This document shows positions 7,329 to 16,364 of a stretch of 32,000 nucleotides of DNA, one piece after another (the first letter of the stretch is position 1; each line of letters begins with the position of its first letter). The stretch is taken from positions 150,001 to 182,000 of the forward strand of contig NZ_WUUQ01000003.1 in NCBI RefSeq assembly GCF_009831105.1, in the 5' to 3' direction. The position numbers were made by a program, and so were the translations under genes. The DNA is from Copranaerobaculum intestinale. Its GTDB lineage: Bacteria; Bacillota_I; Bacilli_A; Erysipelotrichales; Erysipelotrichaceae. The notes beneath the pieces are model-generated. The model was not told the DNA's origin, searched no databases, and worked only from the letters and a program-made list of their open reading frames with translations.

Positions 7329-8740
7329 AAGCGGGACAGAAACTGAATGTGAGAATTGCTTATGTCGATGATGAAGGGAAGGGCATCGCTTATGATAAGC
7401 GGGATGCGATTATGGTATCGGGGGTTCTGGCAGATGAAGTAGCTGAAGTCCAGATACAGAAACGTTTAAAGCAGGGCTACAGCGCTCGGCTTGGGAAGAT
7501 CGTAAAACCATCGAAGAATCGTTGTGAGCCTGTCTGTCCGCTGTTTCTTCGCTGCGGCAGCTGTCACCTTCAGCATATGCAAATGAATGCGCAGGCAGAT
7601 TGGAAACAGGCGATGGTAGAACGCATGGTAAAAGAGAGCTCTCTGAAAGATTTGCAGGTACAAAATGTGATAACAGCAACGAATCCGTATGGCTACCGAA
7701 ATAAAATAATCATTGGTTTCACAAGGGATAAACAGGGGGTGCATGCTGGCTTTTATGAAGAATATTCACATCGAATCGTACCGATGGAGGACTGTCTGCT
7801 GCACGATGATCTGTCTAATCAACTGATTAGAAGTTTAATTGCAATGGTTAAAAAATTACGAATTGAACCCTATCAGGAAGACCGAAAGAAGGGCATCCTA
7901 CGGCATATCTTGATCCGCAAGGGAGCGGTAAGCGGTCAGATCATGATCGTACTTATCACCAGCCAGTCGGCTTTTCCAGCGCGCGGACAGTTTGTAGATC
8001 AAATCCGAAAAGAATGGCCGGCCGTGAAAACGATAATTCAAAACATCAATCACCGCAGCACCAGCATCGTTTTGGGATCGGAAGAAAAGGTACTGTTTGG
8101 ATCAGGATATATTGAGGATGAGCTTTGCGGCAACACGTATCGTATTTCAGCTTCTTCGTTTTATCAGATCAATCATGAACAAACGGAGGTTCTTTATCAA
8201 AAAGCACTCAGCCTGTTAGAGACAAAAGGCAATGAAACTGTTTTGGATACATATTGTGGAATCGGTACGATTGGAATGACGCTGGCACCGCATGTGAAGC
8301 AGGTAGTAGGAGTTGAGCTGAATAAGCAGGCTGTAAAAGATGCCATACAAAATGCCAAACGTAATCATGTAGATAATATACGATTTGTTGCCGAGGATGC
8401 CAGTGTGTATATGCAGAAACTGGCCGCCTCAAGACAGCGGGTGGATGTCGTTATTATGGATCCTCCGCGAAGCGGAAGCACACACCAGTTTATTCAGGCA
8501 TGTGCACAGCTGAAACCGCGTGCCATTCTTTATATTTCCTGTAATCCGAAAACCCAAATACGCGATTTGGAAGTATTCAAATCAAAGGGCTATGTGTCAG
8601 ATAAAATGTATTTGGTTGATTTATTTCCGCAGACAAATCATGTGGAAAGCATTAGCTTTTCGATATTCATTAAGGATGCTTTAAGGAGCATCTTTTTAAA
8701 TTTTAATAACATAATGAACGATAGAGTTTATAAGAAATGA
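7322..8740 (+). CDS. rlmD: 23S rRNA (uracil-5-)-methyltransferase, RumA/RlmD(CD) family
   Basis: N-terminal TRAM-like domain. Fe-S cysteines CPLFLRCGSCHLQH. SAM fold VLDTYCGIGTIG, DPPRSG, YISCNP. The C-terminal tail runs through a terminator hairpin. Confidence 0.9.
   Translation: MLKAGQKLNVRIAYVDDEGKGIAYDKRDAIMVSGVLADEVAEVQIQKRLKQGYSARLGKIVKPSKNRCEPVCPLFLRCGSCHLQHMQMNAQADWKQAMVERMVKESSLKDLQVQNVITATNPYGYRNKIIIGFTRDKQGVHAGFYEEYSHRIVPMEDCLLHDDLSNQLIRSLIAMVKKLRIEPYQEDRKKGILRHILIRKGAVSGQIMIVLITSQSAFPARGQFVDQIRKEWPAVKTIIQNINHRSTSIVLGSEEKVLFGSGYIEDELCGNTYRISASSFYQINHEQTEVLYQKALSLLETKGNETVLDTYCGIGTIGMTLAPHVKQVVGVELNKQAVKDAIQNAKRNHVDNIRFVAEDASVYMQKLAASRQRVDVVIMDPPRSGSTHQFIQACAQLKPRAILYISCNPKTQIRDLEVFKSKGYVSDKMYLVDLFPQTNHVESISFSIFIKDALRSIFLNFNNIMNDRVYKK
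8675..8697 (+). terminator. terminator hairpin embedded in the last codons of rlmD
   Basis: Stem GATGCT / AGCATC, extendable to 9 bp, 6-nt loop, then TTTTT. It lies ~40 nt upstream of the annotated stop. Confidence 0.5.
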
Positions 8741-9139
8741 ATCAGCTCTTAACGACAAGATTAATCAAATTTTTGATATAGTTATAATTACAGGTTTGTA
8801 AATGATGTAATGCTTAAACAGCATTAAAAGCATATTGAATTTACAAATTGGTTTATGAAATTATCTAAAATTGAAATGCATAGGTAATAGAATAAAAATG
8901 CAGCAGAATATAAAATTGGCTTGTCTATAAATATTAAATTTGTTGTAAATGTTATAAATAAACACAATGTTCAACACATAGAATTTATCAAAAAGCTAGT
9001 GAAAATGAAATAGTGGTAGCAGTAATATAAAGACTCTTTCTGTGTAACATAATCTAGCACATTTGACAAATATACTTGGTGGAATTTACCCTGATCAAGC
9101 AATATAATGAGATTATAAACAGATAGGGAGGAAATTAGT

Positions 9140-9604
9140 ATGAATTTGGGAAATAGCTTGTATCACGCAAGAAAAAAATGCGGATATTCACAAGAAACAG
9201 TTGCGGAAAAATTGGGAGTAAGCAGACAGACTGTCTCAAAATGGGAAACGGATGAAACAATACCCGACATACGGCAATCCAAAAAAATGGCTGTACTTTA
9301 CAAGATGTCTTTAGATGAGCTGATTGATTTTGACGTCGATATAAAAGAAATTCAAGATATTATTGAAAAATCTAATGAAGCAACAGAAGAAAAAATTGAC
9401 TGGACCAAAGCCTGGGGGAAAAAGTACCCGATTTTACTCACTTATCAAAATAAGGTGAATATTCCATATTTTGCACATGGTTTAAACAAAATGCTGGATG
9501 AATTACGACAGGAGTATCAATTCAGTGAACTAGACGCTATGCTGGTTCTGAAAGATATTTTGGGACAAACCTGGAAAAATCGTAAGCATCTGACAAGTAA
9601 ATAA
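9140..9604 (+). CDS. XRE family (HTH_3) transcriptional regulator with uncharacterised C-terminal domain
   Basis: SD GGGAGG. N-terminal YSQETVAEKLGVSRQTVSKWETDETIPDI is a classic Cro/C1 HTH. Confidence 0.85.
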   Translation: MNLGNSLYHARKKCGYSQETVAEKLGVSRQTVSKWETDETIPDIRQSKKMAVLYKMSLDELIDFDVDIKEIQDIIEKSNEATEEKIDWTKAWGKKYPILLTYQNKVNIPYFAHGLNKMLDELRQEYQFSELDAMLVLKDILGQTWKNRKHLTSK

Positions 9605-9985
9605 CAGGCAGCGGATTGAATATAAAGACGGAGGTAATATTGCGAACATATTTTTGCGGATGAGAACAAGGACTCGTAATTGGCAAATACATGTTAATAA
9701 CTGATCCATACATATTAAAAAATGAAGCTTTCTTGAGTGAAACAGCTAGAATTATAAGGAGTTGTTTCGCTTTTTTAGGTTTTGATATGCTGTAAGCTTC
9801 TGTATTCCTATATAAGTTGATGTGTAAACTATCGTTACGGAAAGGATACAATATTGTGAGAAGCTCATCGCATTGGAAATTTGGTATCGCTGTTTGCACT
9901 GCGTAAAAAGAAATTGTTTAAGAAATTGAAAAATGATATACTTTCCAATAGAAATAGATGTTATTTGTAGAAGGGTAGTGGGTGT

Positions 9986-10705
9986 GTGTATCGTATTGCA
10001 ATCTGTGATGATGACAGAATATTCGTAAATCAATTAAATAAGCATATCGACGCAATTATGAATGACAGCAGACTGATACGAGAAAAGGATTTTACTGTTG
10101 AACAATATCATGAAGCTAAAGCGTTGCAGCGGGTGATCGAACAAGATCAAAATCGTTATCAGCTTTTGCTGCTGGATATTGAATTATCGAATGACAGTGG
10201 CATGGATATGGCCAGAGCATTTCGCGAACAGCAGGTCAAAAGCAGTATCATTTATATTACCTCGCACCGTGATTACATATACGACTGTTTCGACACTCAA
10301 CCCTTGTGGTATTTATTAAAACCGATCGATTATGAGAAATTTAAAGAAATTCTCTTGTCTGATTATCGTAAAAATTATGCTGGTACGCGGCTTGTTATAA
10401 AGATTGAAGGCAGACAACTTGCCATTCCCCTTGATGAAATTTACGCACTGGAATCAACTCAGCATCGAACAAGAATTTGGCTGAAAGAGCAATTTCTTGA
10501 TTGGAATGGAGCGCTTTCCGCCTTAAAGGTGCAGCTTCCTGCTTTTAGTTTCTGTCAATCTCATAACAGCTATATCATAAATTTAAACCACGTTTTGGAA
10601 ATACTTAGAACTGATGTTGTCATGGATAACCAGAAAACCTTTCCGATCAGCCGCCGATATCATGATCAGACATTAGAGAAATATTTTGCGTATTTAAGGC
10701 TGTGA
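9986..10705 (+). CDS. LytTR/AlgR family response regulator
   Basis: GTG start. Receiver residues are intact: DDD at 8-10, LLLLD phospho-acceptor, ITSH, LLKP. The C-terminal LytTR domain contains HRTRIW...SHNSYIINLNHV. Confidence 0.9.
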   Translation: MYRIAICDDDRIFVNQLNKHIDAIMNDSRLIREKDFTVEQYHEAKALQRVIEQDQNRYQLLLLDIELSNDSGMDMARAFREQQVKSSIIYITSHRDYIYDCFDTQPLWYLLKPIDYEKFKEILLSDYRKNYAGTRLVIKIEGRQLAIPLDEIYALESTQHRTRIWLKEQFLDWNGALSALKVQLPAFSFCQSHNSYIINLNHVLEILRTDVVMDNQKTFPISRRYHDQTLEKYFAYLRL

Positions 10706-10714
10706 ATCATTATG

Positions 10715-10753
10715 AAAATGCTGTCTATCCAATGGGATATGACAGCATCTTTT
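10715..10753. terminator. bidirectional terminator shared by the convergent RR and HK genes
   Basis: Stem ATGCTGTC / GACAGCAT (10718-10748), flanked by an A-run on the 5' side and a T-run on the 3' side. Confidence 0.7.
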
Positions 10754-12650
10754 AGTTCTTCTTCTTTGTTGGCATAAGCAGCGCAGTCCGTACAATAACC
10801 GTATCATGCTCCAACTTGATTTGTAATTTGCTCATATATTTTTTTGCGATATCAGACATGGCCTTCATGCCGTATCCATGTCCTGCGCCTTTTTCGCTTA
10901 ACAGCAATCCGGATTCTTTATCTATTTGGATATTTCCTTTATAAGAATTGACTGTTTCGATAAAGAGATAACAACCGCGTACGTGCATTGTTAATTCTAT
11001 TCTGCGTTTCTCTGTTTCAATGATCGGGTTTACTGCTTCAATCGCATTATCCAGCATATTCGTCAGCAGTGTACACAAATCGTTATCGGTAATGGAAAGA
11101 TCTGCCGGTACCTCAAGGTGAAAGTCCATTTGGATATGCTCTTTTTTAACCTTGGCAAGTGCACGTGTAATGATGGCATTTATCACGAAATGCTCGCATA
11201 CTCTCATTGGCAGGATGGTTTCTGTTTCCTTAGTCAGCGCTGCCAGATAATTCTCTACTTGCTGCTTCTCACCTTCACGGCTCATGTCAAGAAGGGTATG
11301 CAGATGCCGCAGCATATCATGGCGCATTTTGGCAATTTCAGTATTGCTTTCTTGGATGCTTTGAATATTTTCCTGCATCAGCTGATTTCTGGCAGACAGG
11401 ATGGAAAGCTCACTTTGCATGTCCGCAGTCTGCTTGACACTCATAAAGCAGCTGATCCCTCCGGCGAGCATCAGCAGTATACTGCCGCTGTATTGCAGTG
11501 CTTCATACAATTGTACAAATGGATTTTTTAGGATACTAACCAGGATTGAATTACTTCCGGACAGCAGCATGCAGGCATATGTAAGAAGGATCCCTGCGAT
11601 GACAATGTAAAGAATTGGTGTGAATAAACGATAAACCTTATTATTATCTTTCCATTCTAGTACTGAAAAAAGACACAGTCCAAGCAATGGGATATAAAGC
11701 AGTGCATCATAGGAGTAAGCGGAAATAAAGGCTAACGACGGAAATCGCGCGGCGATATGAAGGATAACCGTCAGCCCAAACGGTATGCTGATGAATGGTG
11801 TGTACCACTTTTTCCAGCGCTTCATTTGAAACAGCATATACACCATTGGAAGTGCACACGCCATTGGTATGAGTAGATCAGCCGGTATGAAATTTAATGA
11901 ATAATGAGAATAAAACCGAAATTCAAAATTTAATAAAATACGCAAAGCCTGCATGAAGGAGGCGGCGGTTAAAAGTAAGACAGCAGCAGCTTTGTTACCA
12001 TGGTATAGATTAAAGAAAAATAACCCTAACAGCAGAAGTGCAGTAAACATGTAAATGGCGGCAGGCATCGCGAGCCGATTTGCATCGCTGACCAGCTGCT
12101 GTGATGCAATGGCTTCACTTGACATGCGGACCATCGGTAAACTTCGATATTCAGCTGCGGAATTGAATGACAGGGCGATGGTCAATATCTTTCCCCCATA
12201 GTTAGGCGGCAATGTCAGACGTACATATTCGCCCATTCCAGGTACTCCGGAATATGATTTTGGAAATTTGATATGACCGATCCGATTATCCAAAGCTGGA
12301 TCAATAGTATAAAGTAGTTTGCCGTCCAAAAAGACACTTGTCTGCCAAGTAGTACCATCCAGCTCCAGCACTGTGTAACCGTCTTTTTCAAACGCTTTAT
12401 CCAGTTTCTGCGAGAGATAGTATGTATTACCACTCGGACTATCATAAAGTTCCTGTACAGAGACCGTGCTTTTTTTGCCGTTATCTATTTGATAGATATC
12501 CCAACCAGCCGCATCGTCAAAGGTAGGTGTGAGAAACTGTTTTTCAGCGTCAGTGCTTGTATAGGAATGCATGAAAAATACAATTGCCAGGATGATGAGC
12601 GCATAAAGCGGCAGAAATATCAGCTTCCGGTTTCTTTTTAGCTTATCCAA
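10752..12650 (-). CDS. sensor histidine kinase with an N-terminal extracellular domain, ~7 TM and a GHKL (HPK10/LytS-AgrC-like) catalytic core
   Basis: TTG start with SD AGAGGTG. H-box MRHDMLRHLH, N-box LLTNMLDNAIEA, G-box GHGYGMKA. The ~190-aa extracellular domain plus multi-TM block is reminiscent of 7TMR-DISM receptors. Confidence 0.9.
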   Translation of the reverse strand: MDKLKRNRKLIFLPLYALIILAIVFFMHSYTSTDAEKQFLTPTFDDAAGWDIYQIDNGKKSTVSVQELYDSPSGNTYYLSQKLDKAFEKDGYTVLELDGTTWQTSVFLDGKLLYTIDPALDNRIGHIKFPKSYSGVPGMGEYVRLTLPPNYGGKILTIALSFNSAAEYRSLPMVRMSSEAIASQQLVSDANRLAMPAAIYMFTALLLLGLFFFNLYHGNKAAAVLLLTAASFMQALRILLNFEFRFYSHYSLNFIPADLLIPMACALPMVYMLFQMKRWKKWYTPFISIPFGLTVILHIAARFPSLAFISAYSYDALLYIPLLGLCLFSVLEWKDNNKVYRLFTPILYIVIAGILLTYACMLLSGSNSILVSILKNPFVQLYEALQYSGSILLMLAGGISCFMSVKQTADMQSELSILSARNQLMQENIQSIQESNTEIAKMRHDMLRHLHTLLDMSREGEKQQVENYLAALTKETETILPMRVCEHFVINAIITRALAKVKKEHIQMDFHLEVPADLSITDNDLCTLLTNMLDNAIEAVNPIIETEKRRIELTMHVRGCYLFIETVNSYKGNIQIDKESGLLLSEKGAGHGYGMKAMSDIAKKYMSKLQIKLEHDTVIVRTALLMPTKKKN

Positions 12651-12737
12651 ATCATGACACCTCTTTTTATAAAGAATAGCAGGAATGCCGGCTTAAAGGC
12701 AAGCTATAATCTTACCAGTTGAGTGAAAAAATCAACC

Positions 12738-12761
12738 AAGCAGGAATACCTGCTTTTTTTG
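12738..12761 (+). terminator. orphan intrinsic terminator in a divergent intergenic region
   Basis: Stem AAGCAGG / CCTGCTT, 4-nt loop, then T7. There is no annotated plus-strand gene upstream. Confidence 0.6.
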
Positions 12762-13066
12762 ATCGTTACCTTTTTGTTAAAGTATGTACAAGTATAAGGG
12801 TACAGAGTTTTGAGGAAGGTGATAGAAATACATATTTCTGCTTGGGCATTTTTTGAGTAAGGAAAAGCAAATAATATGGAAAGCGGTCATGAAAAACAGC
12901 GATTCATCGTGAAGCAATAAATGCCGGAATTCATGTATTGTTAATCATCTGAATTGGTAATGTGCATCACCTAATGGGAGAATAGAAGAATACAGTCCAC
13001 GTTAACATATGCGTGATGCGGACTAAAAACGACTGATAAAAAATTATTGATTTTGGAAAGGAGCGT

Positions 13067-15154
13067 ATGAAAATGAAAAACAGAAGATTACCCGTAATTT
13101 ATGTGCTGATTATGGCTTTGATGATGATCACGGTACAGTTTCAGACAAATGATGTTAAAGCTTTGAATTCTTTTCCTATCCGGATGGGGAAAAAGGATTT
13201 GCAGCCAGGTGAAAATCATATATTTGGCGGTACAGTAACATATGAACCACAAAACAATTCTGTGATTATCGAAAATGTGAAAATGGATGATCAAAGTAAT
13301 GGACTTTATGTTTCTTCAAACATAACCGATGTAAATAATGATGATCCGATCAAGATTTATCTGAAGGGTGAGAACTACTTCGGTACGGAGGATAAGCCGC
13401 TGGGATTTACCAAAAGCGGTATATATGCAAGCCGATCAATTGAAATTATTGCGGATGATGATGCAAAATTGATATGTTATATCGGCGGACGAGGGGGAAT
13501 TGGAATATATGGCGGTCCTGATGTCAATGTTTCCGTTACTGGCGGAACTTACGTTTTTCATGATTTGAGTAAGAACGATACCGATGTTTTTAATGTCGCA
13601 TCGGGGTTGATCGATATTGATCATGCTGATATTACGATGGATTCCGTTAATAATAATATGAATGGCGCAGGTATTTCAATTAATCATTCATCCATTACCG
13701 CCTCGTCGACCAGCAATGGAATATATTCAAAGTCCTATGTCCATTTATTAAATTCCACCCTGAATATGAAGAACAAATATGTGAACTGCTGGGCAGCCGA
13801 CGGCAATATGATGATTCAAAATACAACATTCACTGGAGAATCGACGGATGATCTGGGGCTTTACAGTCAGGCAGGCAGCATTCTTATCAGCAATGCATCA
13901 AATATTGATCTTACGAGTGGTTTAAACAGCGGTATCCGTGCGGCAGGCAATGTAAGCGTTGATAATAGTGCGATTAGCATAGAGGCTTTGAAAGGCAATT
14001 CCATTTTATCAAAACTCCTAAATGTAGCTGGAGAGAATACAACGATCCAAGCAGCTTCCAAGAAGGCAATGCAGGCAGATAATATATTTGTTCATTCCTG
14101 CAAGCTGTTAAAATCATCGGTTACCGCAGACAGTGCATTAAAAGGAAATGAAATCACGATCAGCGGTGGAACGATCGAGGCAATTACTACATCCATCGAA
14201 AATAGTGCCGCTAATGCAAGCGCGATATATGCTGAGAAAAATATTGTGTTAGAAGGTATTAATACAAATGTGAAAGCGCAGGCTAAACAGCAATATGGAA
14301 TATTCTCTAATGGTGGTACGATATCATTGCTGGCGCGTTCGATTGAAGCGATCGGAGGAAGTAACTATCCGGCTATCGTCGCAAGGGAATCATCAGCTGA
14401 TGCAGGAGCTGCTCATAGTAAAAATATCATCATTGGAGAGAATTATACTGTAGGAAACAATCTTGTAGTATCAACGATTTGGCAGGCATCTGGTTCGAAT
14501 TGGTATGCGGACAGCTTTCTGGCACCTGCTGGTACAGCAGCAGAAGTAAATGATTATTCTCAATCTATCACGGCGCTTGATGCCGGTATGTTGGCAGACT
14601 ATGCAGAAATTGACGCAATTATAAAACGCATACCCGCTACTAAGGATTTAAAAATGTATACTGATGAAAGTGTCACGGCACTGCTCAACAAGAAAGATAG
14701 TTTGATCAGAGGAAAACGGATCGATTTCCAGGATGAGCTGGATCAATTTGCAGATGATTTGCAGATCCTCTTAGATGCGCTGGAATATAAACCCGCAGAC
14801 TTTTCAAAAATTGATGCAATCTTAAAGAAAGTAGGCGATTTAAGCGGTTATACGAATGAAAGCCGTGCAAAGTTCCTTGCGCTTATGAACAGGCTTGATC
14901 GTTCTATGAATATCACCCAACAGAAACAGGTAGATGAACTGGCAAAAAGTTTAGAAAAAGCATACGCTGATTTAATCAAAATCACGGATAATCTGGATCC
15001 AAGCGATACGGGAGGATTGCAAAATAACAAACGTCCAGATACATCCGACCACACACAGCGTATCATATGGATCATCATGCTTGTAATATCCGCTGCATGT
15101 ATGCTCGGTATTCAAAAGAAACAGCACGTTATGCGGTACCATGATGAATCCTGA
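13067..15154 (+). CDS. secreted, membrane-anchored beta-helix repeat surface protein with FIVAR-like helical repeats
   Basis: Signal peptide ending VKA/LN. ~450 aa of degenerate G/N/S-rich ~25-aa repeats (..GIYA..I.I..). Two Y-T-x-x-S...L repeats are FIVAR-like. A C-terminal TM with a basic tail follows. Judging by SD spacing, the ATG at 13073 may be the true start. Confidence 0.8.
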   Translation: MKMKNRRLPVIYVLIMALMMITVQFQTNDVKALNSFPIRMGKKDLQPGENHIFGGTVTYEPQNNSVIIENVKMDDQSNGLYVSSNITDVNNDDPIKIYLKGENYFGTEDKPLGFTKSGIYASRSIEIIADDDAKLICYIGGRGGIGIYGGPDVNVSVTGGTYVFHDLSKNDTDVFNVASGLIDIDHADITMDSVNNNMNGAGISINHSSITASSTSNGIYSKSYVHLLNSTLNMKNKYVNCWAADGNMMIQNTTFTGESTDDLGLYSQAGSILISNASNIDLTSGLNSGIRAAGNVSVDNSAISIEALKGNSILSKLLNVAGENTTIQAASKKAMQADNIFVHSCKLLKSSVTADSALKGNEITISGGTIEAITTSIENSAANASAIYAEKNIVLEGINTNVKAQAKQQYGIFSNGGTISLLARSIEAIGGSNYPAIVARESSADAGAAHSKNIIIGENYTVGNNLVVSTIWQASGSNWYADSFLAPAGTAAEVNDYSQSITALDAGMLADYAEIDAIIKRIPATKDLKMYTDESVTALLNKKDSLIRGKRIDFQDELDQFADDLQILLDALEYKPADFSKIDAILKKVGDLSGYTNESRAKFLALMNRLDRSMNITQQKQVDELAKSLEKAYADLIKITDNLDPSDTGGLQNNKRPDTSDHTQRIIWIIMLVISAACMLGIQKKQHVMRYHDES

Positions 15155-15357
15155 TATAGGTAAATGTTACAGTATGCTTTTTAAATGTTTATCTGAACGG
15201 TAAAACAGAAGTCATGGTGAAAGATTACTTATATTGATCAATTAAGAATCGAAAAATAAGCCTAGTCTGCACCAAACGGATTCTTTAGCATTTCTCTTAG
15301 CAGATTTTGATCTGACAAACAAAACTTAAAAACGCAGTATTTCTGTGAATATAATGA

Positions 15358-15398
15358 AAGGCAATGTATATGTGATTTCTCTTACATTGCCTTTTTTA
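15358..15398 (+). terminator. rho-independent terminator
   Basis: Stem AAGGCAATGTA / TACATTGCCTT (11 bp), then TTTTTT. Confidence 0.7.
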
Positions 15399-15539
15399 TA
15401 ATCCAGGTTTAAAAATACTGAAATCGGATTATTTGATCCATTTTTGACGATAGAACGATCAAAGCGAATTTTGTATTATGAATTTCTGTACATTGAGATT
15501 TAAAACTCTTATAATTTATTTATGAAAAAATGTGTTTAG

Positions 15540-16157
15540 ATGCTTCTGTATCATGCATTATGGGATGATCAGTGTGTAAACAATTTAGAAATCACTTCTG
15601 AATCAAAGCATACCTTTGGGTTTGATAAAAATTTAAAAGAAATGAAAAAAGCAGTAAGTAGCTTGGAAACTCTTATACAATGTATTGCATGTGATTATAA
15701 CAAGGAGGTTACGGACATATATGAACGAATGCTAAACAAACAGCAGATACCAGATGAAGCTGAAATTAAAGTATATGTAGGCAAAGCTGCGTTCACAAGA
15801 ATGACAGCGTTGGAAAATATCCTTTCCTCAGAGTATGACTTGAAAAAGGAGCTTCGGTTTCCTTTTGGGAATCATTATGGCTGGGGAATGAAATATAGTC
15901 ATAAAACAATGCATCTTTGTTATGCTTTTTTTGAAAAGGATGCATTTACGGTGATGGTTCAGGTAGGAGACAGACAAGTATCCGCACTTATAGGGGAAAG
16001 AATGTCAAAACAAGCGAAACGGCTGTGGAATGAGAGGTACCCCTGTGGAGATAACGGCGGCTGGGTAAATGTTCGAATTTTGAGTGACCTTGATCTTAAG
16101 GATGCGCTTCTATTTATCCATGCTAAGAAAAAGCCTACATCAATATCTATTAATTAA
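15540..16157 (+). CDS. DUF3788-like protein; the N-terminal ~60 codons are doubtful
   Basis: The C-terminal ~140 aa (YERMLNKQQIP...FPFGNHYGWGMKYSHKTMHLCYAFFEKDAFTV...GGWVNV) match my recollection of DUF3788. The only good SD, AAGGAGG at 15702-15708, precedes an ATA codon at 15717. The next ATG is at 15729. Confidence 0.65.
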   Translation: MLLYHALWDDQCVNNLEITSESKHTFGFDKNLKEMKKAVSSLETLIQCIACDYNKEVTDIYERMLNKQQIPDEAEIKVYVGKAAFTRMTALENILSSEYDLKKELRFPFGNHYGWGMKYSHKTMHLCYAFFEKDAFTVMVQVGDRQVSALIGERMSKQAKRLWNERYPCGDNGGWVNVRILSDLDLKDALLFIHAKKKPTSISIN

Positions 16158-16326
16158 GATCGGCTGATCGTACCAGCATAAATCGGGAAGAAGCAGAAGA
16201 TTGTATGCATGCTCATAAAAACATAGAATTTCAATCGCTTCAGATAAACGTGAATCCTTTTAAAATTTCTAAATGCATTGTTTTTATATTAAGCGTTCCT
16301 TATCGCAATAAAAATGAACAGGTATA

Positions 16327-16361
16327 TAAAAAGTCACCATCTTTGCGATGATGACTTTTTC
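16327..16361. terminator. bidirectional terminator between convergent genes
   Basis: AAAAAGTCACCATC / GATGATGACTTTTT, with an A-run on the 5' side and a T-run on the 3' side. Confidence 0.7.
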
Positions 16362-16364
16362 ATT

